NCBI GenBank assembly: GCA_951406725.2
Contig: OX597823.1
Span: forward strand, 82,770,001 to 82,834,000
Direction of reading: 5' to 3'
Origin: Octopus vulgaris
Taxonomy: Eukaryota
Length of the DNA: 64,000 nucleotides
Positions 29,450 to 42,789 of this stretch are shown here, piece after piece. Both the position numbers and the translations under genes were made by a program. Each line of letters begins with the position of its first letter. Position 1 is the stretch's first letter. The notes beneath the pieces were generated by a model that worked only from the letters and a program-made list of their open reading frames with translations, had not been told where the DNA came from and searched no databases.

Positions 29450-30048
29450 TATATGTATAGAAAATTGTCTCTTTTCAGAATCTTAAGAAGCTCTTGTGAC
29501 TGTGTAAATATTAAGAGCGAGATTTTTTTCTTCATGTCGGCAGTCTGCAAAATACATCCCAGCGGAAATTAAATATAAACTACCGGACACATCATAAAGA
29601 ATTCCGATGTAGTTTTATATAATTTTTCATGTTCGTAATACACTGCTTATATTTATTATGACGTTAATTACTTCCCCTGCGATTCTTTTTATCTTTTTTC
29701 CAGATGCGCGTACTCAATCAAACATCAATAGCATTGAACACTGTTACTAAGCTGCTTTGTTTTTACCAGCAGGAAAAATGGTGAAATAAATTATTATTTG
29801 GCCCAGAAAAACCTGGGTAGCGGTATTTCTCCTACCTGTGATAATCGAATCAGTACAATTACCCCCATAGGACAATTCTCTCGACGAAAACTACCCCGTC
29901 GGACAATTACTCCACTTGGTTACATACCCCCTCTCCAACATATCAAGAAGTTTTAAATCATCATTTGTTGTCCTCAGGGGTAATTTCCTTGGGGGTGTCT
30001 TATTGTTTATGGGGGTGGGCTTAATGTCCTACACTCATGATATTACGT

Positions 30049-30630
30049 AAGGCAGCAAGCTGGCAGAATCGTTAACACACTGCCGCAATTCTTAGCGGTT
30101 TTACGTTCGTCTTTCCACACTGATATAAAAATTCGCCGAGGTCGACTTTGTCTTTTATCGTTTCGGGGTCGATAAAATAAGTACCAGATGAACACTGCGG
30201 TCAATATAGTTGACTTATTTCTCCCCTAAAATTGCTGGCCTTGTGCCAAAATAGGAAACCATTAATATTAGTACAAAGGCGGCGAGCTGGCAGAATCGTT
30301 AGCACGCCAGCCGGAATGCTTAGCGGTATTTCGGCTGCCGCTACGTTCTGAGTTCAAATTCCGCCGAGGTCGACTTTGCCTTTCATTCTTTCGGGTCGAT
30401 TAAATAAGTACCAGTTACGCACTGGGATCAATATAATCGACTTAATCCGTTTGTCTGTCCTTGTTTGTCCTCTCTGTGTTTAGCCCCTTGTGGGTAGTAA
30501 AGAAATAGGTATTTCGTTTGCCGTTACGTTCTGAGTTCAAATTCCGCCGAGGTCTACTTTGCCTTTCATCCTTTCGGGGCCGATAAGTTAAGTACCAGTT
30601 ACGCACGGGGGTTGATGTAATCGACTTAAC
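30049..30630 (+). mobile_element. SINE family A: an old copy plus a dimer
   Basis: Heads at 30049 and 30277; internal junction AAAGAAATA|GGTATTTCG at about 30509. Confidence 0.9.
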
Positions 30631-30654
30631 CCCTTCCTTAAATCCTTAAATGAC

Positions 30655-30998
30655 TAGGAGGAGACCTCCTTCTGTCATGAATGAACATGGGATTGCAACT
30701 AGAATGTTACCCTCCGAGGTACGAGTCCGGGCAACGTTGTTTGTGGAAAACCAGCACTCGCCCATGCATACTGGTCTCCCCTCTCCACGCCACCGATGTC
30801 ATCCTAGGGAAAGGCAAAGGGGCCGATACACCTTGGCACCTGTGACGTCGCAACTCATTTCTGCAGCTGAGTTAACTGGAGCAACGTGAAATAAAGTGTC
30901 TTGCTCAAGAACACAACACGCAGCCCGGTCCGGGAATCGAACTCACAACCTCATGCTCGTAAGCTCGACGTTCTAACCATTGAGTCATGCGCCTTCAC
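30655..30998 (-). mobile_element. tRNA-derived SINE (family C group)
   Basis: Minus-strand head GTGAAGGCGCATGACTCAATGGTTAGAAC..GAGTTCGATTCCC; similar to 32643-32967. Confidence 0.75.
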
Positions 30999-31024
30999 TT
31001 AAATGACTACATGACCCAATATTA

Positions 31025-31195
31025 ATCAATCTCCCAGTTTACACATCCTCACAGACAAAGCAAAAAATATTTACGAAACAAACGTTCTCACACATTCAAG
31101 ACTCCTCACAAGCGCCATCACCAAAAACATACTAAAACAGCCGTAATTCCACATACAGTGACATAAACATAGAAGCAAAGGAGCTAGCTAAAACA
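31025..31195 (+). mobile_element. Decayed Penelope-like RT N-terminal fragment
   Basis: Translates with frameshifts as HILTDKAKNIYE..RLLTSAITK..YSDINIEAKELAK, recalling the ADKT.N.Y..LL..ITK.Y..IN.EAK.IA block upstream of some PLE RTs. Confidence 0.5.
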
Positions 31196-31347
31196 CTGCG
31201 AAGCGCATTGTGACCAGCGATGTGTAGCAACATCTGATAGCCTGGTCAGTCACGTGATCACGTGATATATAAAGTAGTAAATATGTTTATGCACGTGCTA
31301 TCACGTGTCTTGTTCATGCATGTGTGAGTGTGTATATATATTCACAT

Positions 31348-31380
<33 letters not shown>

Positions 31381-32524
31381 CATGCATATATATGTGTATA
31401 TGTATACACACGCACACACATACACACACTCACACATATATATCCATGGACACACACATATGCAACTCAACTTATTCATCCTCGATTTTTCCCGTTTGGG
31501 ACTTGTTTCTCATTAATTCAAGAACTAACAAGACGTTCTAATTAGAATATCTCAGTTATATACAATAATTATGTTCCATTGATATTTCTTAACGTGAAAT
31601 ATATGTAAACTAACTCATTTAATTCAATGAATTTTCCTGAATAAATCTGTACTGTCGTTACGTAATTCTTTAATACTGCTGTTAGCCAGAAAATATGGAG
31701 CGCAAACTTAGTTTAGTATTGATCTGCGATCTGGCGGAATATTTAGCACGCCGGCATTTTGTACGCTTTTGCATCTTGTAAAGGTATTTTATACGCATTT
31801 GGTGGCATTAGGAGTGAAATATCGCCGAGTTCAACTGTGCCTTTCATTCTTTGTGGATCGATGTAACATGTACCTGTCAAGCACTGCTATTGATGTTACC
31901 GACGTGCCCTTTTCCCTTATATGTCAGGCTCTGGGTCTGTAACAGAAGTATACTTATCAGGTCTTCGTCACTTAACTTGAATAAATACGAGACTAGAAAA
32001 ATAATTTCTGGTGTACGTTTGTTTGACTAATCTCTCAAGGTGGTGCCCCAGCATGGCCGGGGACCAGTGAATAAAACAAGTAAAAGATATATAGGGGAAC
32101 AGGTAAATAATTTTTCGAAACGATGTGGCCCTTGTTGCTACTGTTTTTGTGCAGGGCCGTCTTTATGTACGTACAGAGGATTTAAAACAATCCACCTACA
32201 AGTATCCATCTTTTTAAGGGTGTCCAAGATTTCGTTATCTATTTTTTCTTGTATTTTTATTTTTTGTCTTGTTTTTATATTTCAGTCCTTGCTGTATACT
32301 CCATGCTGGAGTACTCTCTTTTAGGGTTTATTCAATCAAATCGATCCGAGTAATTTTTTGGGTTCTTTTTTTTTTTTTGGTAAACGCTGAAATTTTTTCA
32401 GTCTTTGTCATTTACTGAACTGCTACGTTACGTGAAGCCTTAAAAAAGAACTACACAAATGGAGGGAACGACAAATATAACTGCACGCACATTCATATAC
32501 ACATATTTACGTGTGTTATATATA

Positions 32525-33083
32525 CAGACTGGTGCAAAAGTAGGTATACAGCTATGAAAATAGAAAACACGTACGTTACTAATTTTTTATCGAAAAGATT
32601 AAAAGTTATGATATAAGTTAAGATAAAGGTTATGATAAAAGTATGGCTCAGTGGTTAGAGCGTCAAGCTTACGATCGTGAGGTTGTGAGTTCGATTCTCG
32701 GATCGGGTTGCGTGTTGTGTTCTTGATAAAGACACTTTATTTCACGTTGCTCTAGTTAACTCAGCTGTAGAAATGAGTTGCGACATCACTGGTGCCAAGC
32801 TCTATTGGCCTTTGCCTTTCCCTTGAAAAACATCAGTGGTGTGAAAAGAGGAGGCTAGTATGTATAGGCGACTACTGGTCTTCCATAAACAACCTGGCCC
32901 GGACTTGTGCCCTGGAGGGTAACTTTCTAGGTGCAATCCCATGGTCATTCATGACCGAAGGGGGTCTCAATCAATATGATTAATGACACTGAAAATATCA
33001 AAAACGAGGCTGACTAATTTAATGTGCTAATAATATTATAAAATTGGTGTAATACTTACTTTATACTTTCTTATGCACCCAAC

Positions 33084-33086
<3 letters not shown>
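32525..33086. mobile_element. Tc1-like MITE interrupted by a SINE (32643-32967)
   Basis: TA|CAGACTGGTGCAAAAGTAGGTATA ... TATACTTTCTTATGCACCCAACCTG|TA. Confidence 0.6.
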
Positions 33087-33131
<45 letters not shown>

Positions 33132-33190
33132 CAAAGTAAAGTTGGGGGTTACCGCACGAGTAAAAATATAAGGAAAATAATCTGAAAATG

Positions 33191-33727
33191 ATAATAAATC
33201 TCTGAGCGAGGTATAAACAGTAACTGCTCTTTAATATAAGCGAGATCAGCCATCTGAATGTGGCTAGGGACAGGGCGGGGTGGTGGGGGTGTTACTGATG
33301 CATTTAGCCCCAGGCGACTATTGACGTCACCAGAAGAGCCGACACCATCACGGTGTCCTTGCTGGCCTGCAAAGGGAGATCAGCCTCCCCGAAGATACGG
33401 ATGCTACACACGGACCGGTTTCGAGGTAATCGCCTCTCGTCAGCGCATGGCAAGCACCGTTCTTCGTTGAGGGACTTCCTGTACAGGCCAGATATATATA
33501 TAGATTTTCACAGTAACCACAGGCACTGGCGTAGAAAATCTGTTCGAAAACAATAATAAATCTCTGAGCGAGGTATAAACAGTAACTGCTCTTTAATATA
33601 AGCGGGATCAGCCATCTGAATGTGGCTAGGGACAGGGCGGGGTGGTGGGGGTGTTACTGATGCATTTAGCCCCAGGCGACTATTGACGTCACCAGAAGAG
33701 CCGACACCATCACGGTGTCCTTGCTGG
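33191..33727 (-). mobile_element. 1.5-unit tandem (362-bp period) non-coding element carrying a hammerhead; retrozyme or Penelope pLTR-like
   Basis: 175-bp direct repeats 33191-33365 and 33553-33727 (one substitution seen) flank the ribozyme-containing segment. Confidence 0.8.
33390..33466 (-). ncRNA. Intact type-I hammerhead ribozyme
   Basis: Minus strand: CGAAGA-ACGG-TGCT-TGC-CATGCG-CTGACGA-GAGG-CGATTA-CCTC-GAAA-CCGG-TC-CGTGTG-T-AGCA-T-CCGT-A-TCTTCG. All core bases present, GUC site, 4-bp stem II, extended stem I with internal loop, palindromic stem III ACCGGT. Confidence 0.88.
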
Positions 33728-34320
33728 AGTCTTTTAAAAGTATTTATTAACTTAACCGGTTTCACTTGTTTAAAAAGATTTTCTAAAGTAATGTATGAGG
33801 CTTTGTGTATCCTCTATGGTGTCAGAAATTAGTTTACACAAATGTATTTAGATCAAGAGATAGAGTCTTTGACAATGATATGAAAAGGTTTGAGGTTTTG
33901 TGTATCCTCTGAATTGAGCCAAAAAATAGTTTACATAAAGACATTCAGAGAAGGTAATAAAATTTTTTTACAATGATAAGAAGATAAAAATTAGTTTACA
34001 TAACTATATCCAAATCAAGTAATATATTACTTGATTTTAATATATTTATTTAAACTAATTTTTATCTTCGTATTGTAAACACTTTTATTACTTGATCTGA
34101 ATATAAACTATTTTTTGACTAATCTCAGAGGATACGCGAAGTCTCAGATATTTTCATAACATTATCAAAGACTCTATCACTTGATTTGAACACATTTATG
34201 TAAAATAATTTTTGACACCACAGAGGACAAACAAAGCCTCATACTTTACTTTTGAAAATCTTGCTAAATACGTGAAACAGGTTAAGTTAATAAAAGTCTC
34301 CGGCATTATCAGTTTCTATT

Positions 34321-34381
<61 letters not shown>

Positions 34382-34645
34382 AGTAGATGAATGAATTATC
34401 CTAGTATTGATAATTCTGTTAATCGATACCTGGGTAGCAAATTCACTTCAGTAAAACACGGTTGAAGTTACATGCCAAGGGCTTAACCCCGTGTTCGTGT
34501 GTGGAAATTTGTGTGTTTTTTTATATGAATAAATGAAAAGAATGGAGTCGAACGAAGATTTTATCAAAATTCCTTTACTTTTGATAAATTCTTTTGATAA
34601 AATTCCTTTAATTTTGATAAAATCTTCGTTCACTCCATTCTTTTC

Positions 34646-34686
<41 letters not shown>

Positions 34687-35026
34687 GGATAAGCTTCCGG
34701 TACCGCGCAATAGGAGTGAACGTGAAACCATGTGGTTGCAAAGTGAATTTCTTAACCACACATCTATACCTTAACTTGTAAGTTCTTTCAATTTTTAAGA
34801 CACTCGTGTGGAGTATTTGATGCAAGAAGGATTTGGCCGCTATTTCTAGGTGGGCAAAAGACTACGTAGAGGCGTTCTTAATTGGCTTTTATAGGTTGTT
34901 ACAAGCAGGATACATATCTTTATTTTGCCCACTTTCTTTATGAAATATGTATAACTGTTCAGTTCCTCAGAATCTGTATTGCTCTCTCTCTCTCTCTCCC
35001 TCTTTCTCCCTCTCTCTCTCTCTTTA

Positions 35027-35058
<32 letters not shown>

Positions 35059-35669
35059 ATTAAATAATATTTCTTCCTGCTAATGAATATCATTTCTTCT
35101 CGTCACGTTTGCTCCGGTCCTATTATTAATTTATCAATATATTACCAACGCAGTGTGTGGAGGATACCCATAAATATACATTAGGAAACACATCTCCATA
35201 TATTTAGTCCCACTGTAAAATTAGACCCTGGAGGTTAGATAACAGTACATATTTATTATTAATTACTCTCTGATGGAGTTTCTTTTTATCGGACTTTCAA
35301 GACAAATTGGCTGTTCATTAACCTGAGGTCGAATCAATATTTGGCTTGGTGGTGTAATCTAATATATCACAATCTCTGCTGTTCCTTCTTCAAACAATGA
35401 AGAATTTTAGAATGTATCATTGCAGAATATCAGGTGTTTCTAATAAAATTTGTATGATTCTGTTCACAGGAACAAAACAGGAATTTTCTTTACCAATTCC
35501 TGATGATAATTTTAGAATCAGTGAACATTTATATTGTACTTTAAGTATTTCAAAAATATGTATCATTAATTATCTGCAACGTAATTATTATCATTACGAT
35601 CATTTCATATACACACAACAGATTAGATTTTTGGAAAAGAAAAAAATTCTAACATCGAGCTACAGCAAG

Positions 35670-35900
35670 TATCCTTAGATACCAAGAGCCCTAAGTATCC
35701 TAGCTCTCCCCAATAATGCTGTTTTCTGGAGCTGCACTAAACTGGGTTTTATGCCAATTTCCTCTATTTATCATCTCAAACCTGTAGGGATAGTTCCTCA
35801 TACACCTATAACTACTGGGATACATTTTACCCGAACATTTCATAGTCTCTGTAACTCAATGGTTAGGTCCTGGTACTTTGATATTGTCTCTATATCTCTC
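35670..35900 (-). mobile_element. RLE-type (R4/Dong-like) non-LTR retrotransposon 3' fragment
   Basis: SKYQDLTIELQRL*NVRVKCIPVVIGV*GTIPTGL..LQKTALLGRARILR. Confidence 0.8.
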
Positions 35901-35909
35901 ATATTGACT

Positions 35910-36070
35910 TATTATTATTATTATTATTATTGTTGTTGTTGTTGTTGTTATTGCCTTTGCACAGCTTCAAACTCTAGAGATGTACTACAGTGTCAGCTGT
36001 TCACTACCAGTGAACAAAGGTAACACCTCTTATTTTTCGAGCACATTCCAGAGTATTCGAGTGGTTCCAA
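35910..36070 (-). mobile_element. Extreme 3' end and UTR of a second RLE-type element, ending in (CAA)n(TAA)n
   Basis: LGTTRILWNVLEK* followed by about 80 nt of UTR and a trinucleotide tail. Confidence 0.55.
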
Positions 36071-36395
36071 TATTGTCGTTTGGGACAGAGGGGCAAAGGT
36101 ATGTGCCATCATAGAGGTCAGCTGCCCTGCAGATATAAATATCTTTTTGAAAATCAAAGAAAAAGAGGATATCTATGGACATCTTCTTCGAAACCTCCAG
36201 CTTCTATATCTAGACTATGAATTCATATTCATAACAATAATAATTGGAGCACTTGGTTTTGTTAGTAAATACTTAAAGGATAATCTGGATGAGCTGTGAT
36301 TTTCAGAAAGAGACATCGACCAGCTGATTCATACATTACAAGTGCAATCTGTGAGTGGAACAGTAGAAATATGCAAGACATTTTCTCAAGTTCCA
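36067..36395 (+). mobile_element. RLE endonuclease domain fragment of a non-LTR retrotransposon
   Basis: NIVVWDRGAKVCAIIEVSCPADINIFLKIKEKEDIYGHLLRNLQLLY..IIIGALGFV; homologous to 41110-41440. Confidence 0.8.
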
Positions 36396-36917
36396 AATAT
36401 GAATTTGTCTGTGTTAACAACATCCCAAAGATGGAGCCTTGTTGGAAACATGAACACACTCATACATATTGTCTACTGTACGCATCTACATAAATATGGG
36501 TATATGTTTGTGTATAGATCTAAGTTTGCGTATGCGCATGCGTGCTTTTGTATATGCATTAATATATATTTGAAACTAATTACAATTATGTAAAAAAGTG
36601 CTAATACACAAACTCATAAAAACATATATATGACTATGTATGAATATCTATATATCTATATATAGGAAATTCAGCATGACACAGAATGTGACGAGGTTGG
36701 GCCTTTCATTTACGTGTACAGCTCATTTTTGCCAGATGAATGGACTGGAGTAATGTGAAATAAAGTGTCTTCTCCAAGAACAAAAAGTTCCGCCGGGTAT
36801 TGAACTCACACCCATACGATCGTGATCCAAAAACCATAATCACAAGTCACGCACCATCATTATGTATGTGTGTGTATGCGTATAGGTGTATGATTGTATG
36901 CATGTATGTATTCATGT

Positions 36918-36956
<39 letters not shown>

Positions 36957-36961
36957 TGTTC

Positions 36962-37251
36962 TTTTTCAAGCCATGCCTGGCTCGTAAGGGCCGGTTTCCC
37001 GGTTTCCTTGGCCTATAGGTTCTCCACCAGGATGGGACGTCGGTTCGTCGCAGGTGAGCTGCAAGATGCAGGAATAAAGAGTGACAGAAAGTTTTGGCGA
37101 AAGAATAAACAGAAGTTCGCCATTACCTTCTGCCGGAGCCGCGTGCAACTTAGGTGTCTTGCTCTTAAACACGCACATCGCCCGGTCTGAGATTCGAACC
37201 CACGATCCCTCGACCGCTAGTCCGCTATTCTAGCCACTAGGCCATGTACCT

Positions 37252-37254
<3 letters not shown>
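36962..37254 (-). mobile_element. SINE, family C relative
   Basis: Minus-strand TGGCCTAGTGGCTAG..GGTTCGAATCTCAGACCGGG head and a body similar to family C. Confidence 0.8.
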
Positions 37255-37301
<47 letters not shown>

Positions 37302-37678
37302 GTATACTTATTCATATGTAAGTGTGTATGAATATACAGTAATCTGACTGCGTATATATTTTGCACAAAAATTCTAAGAAGTTAGCAAGACACAGGAGAA
37401 ACCATATAGTTCTTTGACAAAAACTGATTGGCTTATTTGCACTGCACTGTAGCATGGTAAACGATATTCTGGCAATTTCAGTGAGGACTTTCAGAATATT
37501 GATTTTCGGCTTCGCTTTCTATATACTGTTAAATATCATTCATTTATGAAATTGCTGCCGAATGACTATTTCCTATATACTCAGACTCTGTTTTATATTT
37601 ATACTTCCTAGTCGTAGATCGTTGGCTATCAATAAGCATATTAAATGCAAATTCCATATTTGTCTAATAGCGGTTTAA

Positions 37679-37757
<79 letters not shown>

Positions 37758-37893
37758 TACTATCTTTTACATGCTCTTCTCATTTGACTGTGGCCATGCT
37801 GGAGCATCTCCTTTAGTCAAGCAAATCAACCCCAAGTTATCTGTTATTATATATCTGTTTTGTTATAAACATAAGACTGTATATTATACACAC

Positions 37894-37936
<43 letters not shown>

Positions 37937-37937
37937 G

Positions 37938-37969
<32 letters not shown>

Positions 37970-38224
37970 TATATATATATATACACGTATATATATATAC
38001 ATTTACATATATATATATGTATATATATATATACATATATATATATACATGTATGTATATATATATGTGTGTGTGAGAGAGAGAGGGGGGCGCGAGAGGG
38101 AGAAAGTAATCGGTTTGTTGAAATGACAATCAACATTACCTTCATATTTGAACCACTTTGGTATGAATTATCGCAGTGACCAGGATGTAGTCTGTGGTCA
38201 GTAAGCTTCACAACCATAACCGTT

Positions 38225-38927
38225 CATTCACGTTCGCTTGCTCATTTTTAGTCTTTTCTAAAATTTTTCATGATTTTCGTGAGCATTTGAATGATAAAAT
38301 AACCCCTGAGTGACCGTCACTCGATTAACATTTTTCCATCTGTCAGCTGACGCGACAAAACCTTTCGTGGCGTCATAAAATATCTTCAGATTTTCTTTTA
38401 AAACCGTAGACACGAACTTTATCTATTTCTCTTGAGACTTCCCATACTGTCCGGAATCCCATGGATCACAATATGCACTTAACGAAATGGGGTTACCGTC
38501 CAAAGTTATGGAAGGTTCATCCAGATTTAGAATCGTGTTCTGTCGATGTTTTTCACTTTTTGAAGCCTTTGTACTTCTCACGAAATTTATTGCGTATGGT
38601 TAGAAAATTCCTCCACATAGGATTCTTGCAGTATAAAAAAAGTATCTATTAAAATTGGGTTTTTTTCCTAAACTGAAACAAAATTTTACACAAACACATT
38701 ATTTTTACCAACTCATTTGATGTTTATTTTGCAACAAATAATCGGGTTCATTAAATATAAGTTAGCTCTATAACGTATAGATCAATGACAAACGGACATA
38801 ATATGATGTGGTTATTATTAGACTGGTGTCAAGATACCCAGTCAAATCACTGAACTGGCAGTAAGTTAAGCCTGATGGTTAATTTTCTGTTTTAAAGTAT
38901 TCAGTTTCTTTTCGTGCACACCTCGTA
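38225..38927 (-). mobile_element. Old mariner relic
   Basis: Terminus TA|CGAGGTGTGCACGAAAAG at 38927; decayed HTH ..KYKGFKK*KTSTEHDSKSG.. on the minus strand. Confidence 0.55.
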
Positions 38928-40966
38928 TTTACAACGAATTAATCTAATAAATATCTCTCTAGATGTTGCCATTATATGGAAGACAGAAACATGACAAAAC
39001 ACGAAAGTTAGCTGGCCACATATCTAATTATATGCCAATTAAACAGTTCAGGTCTTCTCATCTTCTCACATCGAACATGTTGTGGTATTATGATTAATAA
39101 CAGTCTTATTGGAAACACTTCAAACATAAACAATGGCAAATTAGAATTCGTCATTGTTTAAAGACGGAAGGAAACAGTGGGTATTTGTGTGTACCTGACT
39201 ACACTAGCAAGCTAAATGTTGGTTTAAATAAGGATTAATGTGTAGCCGAAAATTGTTCAGTTGGTCCAAAAAATACAAACAAATATAAAACAATAAACAC
39301 AGTAATATAAAAACCGGTGCATCAGTGCAGTTCAAGACTTGAGATTATATTTTCAAGTTATATTAAAATATTAGCTGCCATTTGCAAGGGGCCAGAGACA
39401 GCCTTTATTAGATAGAGATGATAATTTCCATTAATTGGTCGTACACATTTTGAGCCCGCTATATTTCATTAATTCATAAAAGCTTTTGAACTGGTTTGAG
39501 CACAATAGCACTATTATTCAGGAAATGGTTTGAACTACGTACAATGTATATGGATATTAAATCGTAAAGTAGACGTTCTTTCTCTCTCAGATTCAACATT
39601 TCAAATCTGCAAGTGCAGCATAGACAGCGTTTATAGAACGAAGAACGCTCTTCTACCGGAAGAAGAACACCCTCGAGCTCCTTAAATTTTTAAACAATCA
39701 CATTCGTTGATTCTAATGCAACATTGAAATTACTTAATGGAATATTTGTGCGTTGCCTAGGCACCAATAAGTAGAGCCTCTTTCTTACCACGTAATACTC
39801 ACCAGCAAATGTTCAAATTGTATGTTAACAAACTTAGTTTCACTGATCAACGATGTATAGGAAGAGCTATGAGACTAGCAGCAAGTGAACTGCAGTTTAA
39901 CTTCAGGATAGATAAAAAATAATTGTCAAAACTTTTTAGGATAATCTTATAAGTTTATTAAGTAGTTAAACTCAATGTGCTGTTGAATTTTTTTTTTTTT
40001 TTTTTTGTGCATGTACTAATTTTCCTCAATTACTTGGACAGCAATTCTGTAATTATACTTCGAGCGTCACTAAACGTACCTCAGAATGTACAGTGACATC
40101 TACGCATCGCTGAAGAGGTCTGATAATATAGAAGTATGTCCGGATATTGTCTTCCGTATTTGACGAAATGGTTTACGGGGTATTTGACATTGAGCTGTCT
40201 TTCCTCAACATAGACTTTTTTCTTTTTCGATTTCCAATGATTTTCATGAAAAGTACTTAACCTTCGATTTTCCTGCAGATGAGGTCTATGAGTAATTAAC
40301 CTGTTTTTGCTTTTATAAACGTACTGTTTGATTCAAACGTATTGTCTGTGTTATGTGTAATGAACTTGAAATGATCAACTACAAATGAACTCTAAATGAA
40401 CATCCATGACGAACATTCTTGCAAATCAGGATAACGTTACAACAAAGAGCATAACAGAACCTCACGGTTACTATGATTAGCTTTGTTCCTTCCTTTCTTC
40501 TTTCATTCTTCCTTCATTGCTTCCTTTCTTTCTTACCTTCCTCCTTTCTTACTTTTCTTCTCTCTTTCTTACCTCCTTTCTTTCTTTCTTTCATTCTTTC
40601 TTTCTTCTTTCCTACCTTTCTTTCCCTCTTTCATTTTTCGTTTTTTTTTTCTCCTATTCTTCTTTTCTCCCTTTCATCATTTTTCTTCCTTTCCGTCTTT
40701 CTTTCTTTCTTTCTGTCATTCTTCCTTTCTATCTATCTTTCGTTTTTCTTTCTTTCATTCTTCATTCCTTCTCCCTTCCTTTCTTCCATTCTTTGTTTTA
40801 TCTGTTTTCCTTTCTCCAAAAACCAAAGAAAATGCAGATTCAGGTAACCAAAATTCCAAAAGGTGCCTTGATTTAAAGGAAAGAACCATGCCATATTGTT
40901 TTTAATCGCTTCAATAAACCCCCTCCAAAAAAAAACATACATACAGGCAAGCATCAATCTATCTCC

Positions 40967-41005
<39 letters not shown>

Positions 41006-41109
41006 ATCCATCCATCTATCCCTCCATCCATCCAGCCAGCCAGCCAGCCAGCCAATCAGTCAGCCAGCCATGCAGCCATCCAGCCATCCATACATGCATA
41101 CGTAACATG

Positions 41110-41440
41110 CCAGATATTGTTGCTTGGGACATACAAGAAAAAGTATGTCCCGTCGTTGAGACCCACTGTTCTTCTGATATGAATATCTCTTTGAAAATAT
41201 AAGATAAAGAAGAAAACTATGGTCAACTCTTTCGAAGCCCCCAGCTTCTATATCTTGATTATTAATTCACATTTGTACTAATAAAAAATGGCGCACATGG
41301 TTTTGCGAATAAACTCCCACGTGACAATCTGGATAAGCTAGGGTTTTCAGAAAGTGAAGTCAAACAATTATCTCGCACACTGCATATACAATCTGTACGT
41401 GGAACAGTAAAAGCATGCAAAACTTTTCTCAACTTTAAAA
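41110..41440 (+). mobile_element. RLE endonuclease domain fragment (second copy of the 36067 family)
   Basis: PDIVAWDIQEKVCPVVETHCSSDMNISLKI*DKEENYGQL..QSVRGTVKACKTFLNF. Confidence 0.8.
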
Positions 41441-42789
41441 TGCGATATTGTTTTTATCAACGCTCCAAAACTGGAGCTTGTTCTATTGTTATAAAGCTAG
41501 TTCCTTCCTCAGAGGAATAATTTAAGTCCTTAAAACAGAAGAGAACGTGCATAATTAGAAACATGCATACATGCATATATACACATACATACACACATAC
41601 TGACAGACAGAAAAACAGAAAGTTACACAAAGTACAGGATATTAACAATACTAGCCTTGAAGTCGCCCTTCAGGCGGCATTCAGGCCAGATCGGGCGGAG
41701 GGCACGTTTAAGGCATTTGGCTCCATTATCCGGCTGCTTTGCGGCCCTCTACCTTATTTCTGCAAATGTGCGAAACACTGACGCTGATCATAATTTAATC
41801 AATAAGCATAGGAGTGAAGAAATGCAGTGAAACTAGATAGGGGCAGTGGGGCCCCATTTAAGAGGCTCTTCAGAAATTCAATCTTCTTAAGATGCTGCCT
41901 AGGAGCTCATAGTATGTAATTCATTTTCATTACTCCGATTTGGTCGCCAATGCCATGTATTTAGTTTAAAATGCAGGAAAAATAGGGGTTCAGTGGGGTC
42001 CCAATTAGACAGCCCTTAAAAAATAGCCCCCCTTATGACATTCCCTGGGATTAGGGGAGTTGCTTGTTTGAGTGTGTGTACGTGTATGTGTGTGTGCTTG
42101 TGTACGTTTGTGTGCGTATGTACATGTATGCATGTGTATATAGGTATACACATGCATACCTGTGTGTGTGTGTTTGCATGTATGTGTGCGTTGTGTGCGT
42201 ATGTACATGTATACATGTGTATATAGGTATACACCTGCATACCTGTGTCTGTCCTTACGTTCTGAGTTCAAATTCTGCCAAGGTCGGTTTTGCCTTTCAT
42301 TCTTTCGTGATCGATAAATTAAGTACCAGTTGAGCACTACGGTCTATGTAATCGACTTGTCCCTCCTCTAAAATTGCTGTACCAAACTTTGAAAGCAATA
42401 TTGTATTATTAGTTACAATTACTGTACCTAGCAGACTTATGGTCATCCGGTTTCCTAGCCTGCGACACTCGGTCTCCCGTCTGTCATATCCAACCGCATT
42501 AGATGCAGGACCATTTTTGATACATTTATAAATTGAAAAAAGGCATGTCCTATACGCCGGCAAATACGGTAGTTATTTAATTACTGACAAGAAACCTGCA
42601 TCTGATAGGAATAATATCGAAATGCTTCATCCTGATATGTATTACATATAAGGCTTTATCCTGATATGCATTACATAATACATTCATAAGCAGATGCCAT
42701 GAGTTGGTATAATTGAACGCAATAAAAGAGAGCATTACATAATTGACGAGTGTGCAGGATAACTTTATTAACTGTATTTATTAAATGCA

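Larger units (their letters stand above)
33167..34328. mobile_element. Foldback (fully palindromic) element whose left arm is interrupted at 33191-33723
   Basis: 33724-34024 is an imperfect inverse of 34025-34304; perfect 26-bp central palindrome at 34012-34037; outer ends ATATAAGGAA..CTGA.AATG match; ~95-bp internal sub-repeats. Confidence 0.8.

Noticed and set aside
40105-40146. CTGAAGAGGTC...GAAGTATGTC hammerhead-like text
   Set aside because: Stem II does not pair and GAAA is mutated; compatible with chance
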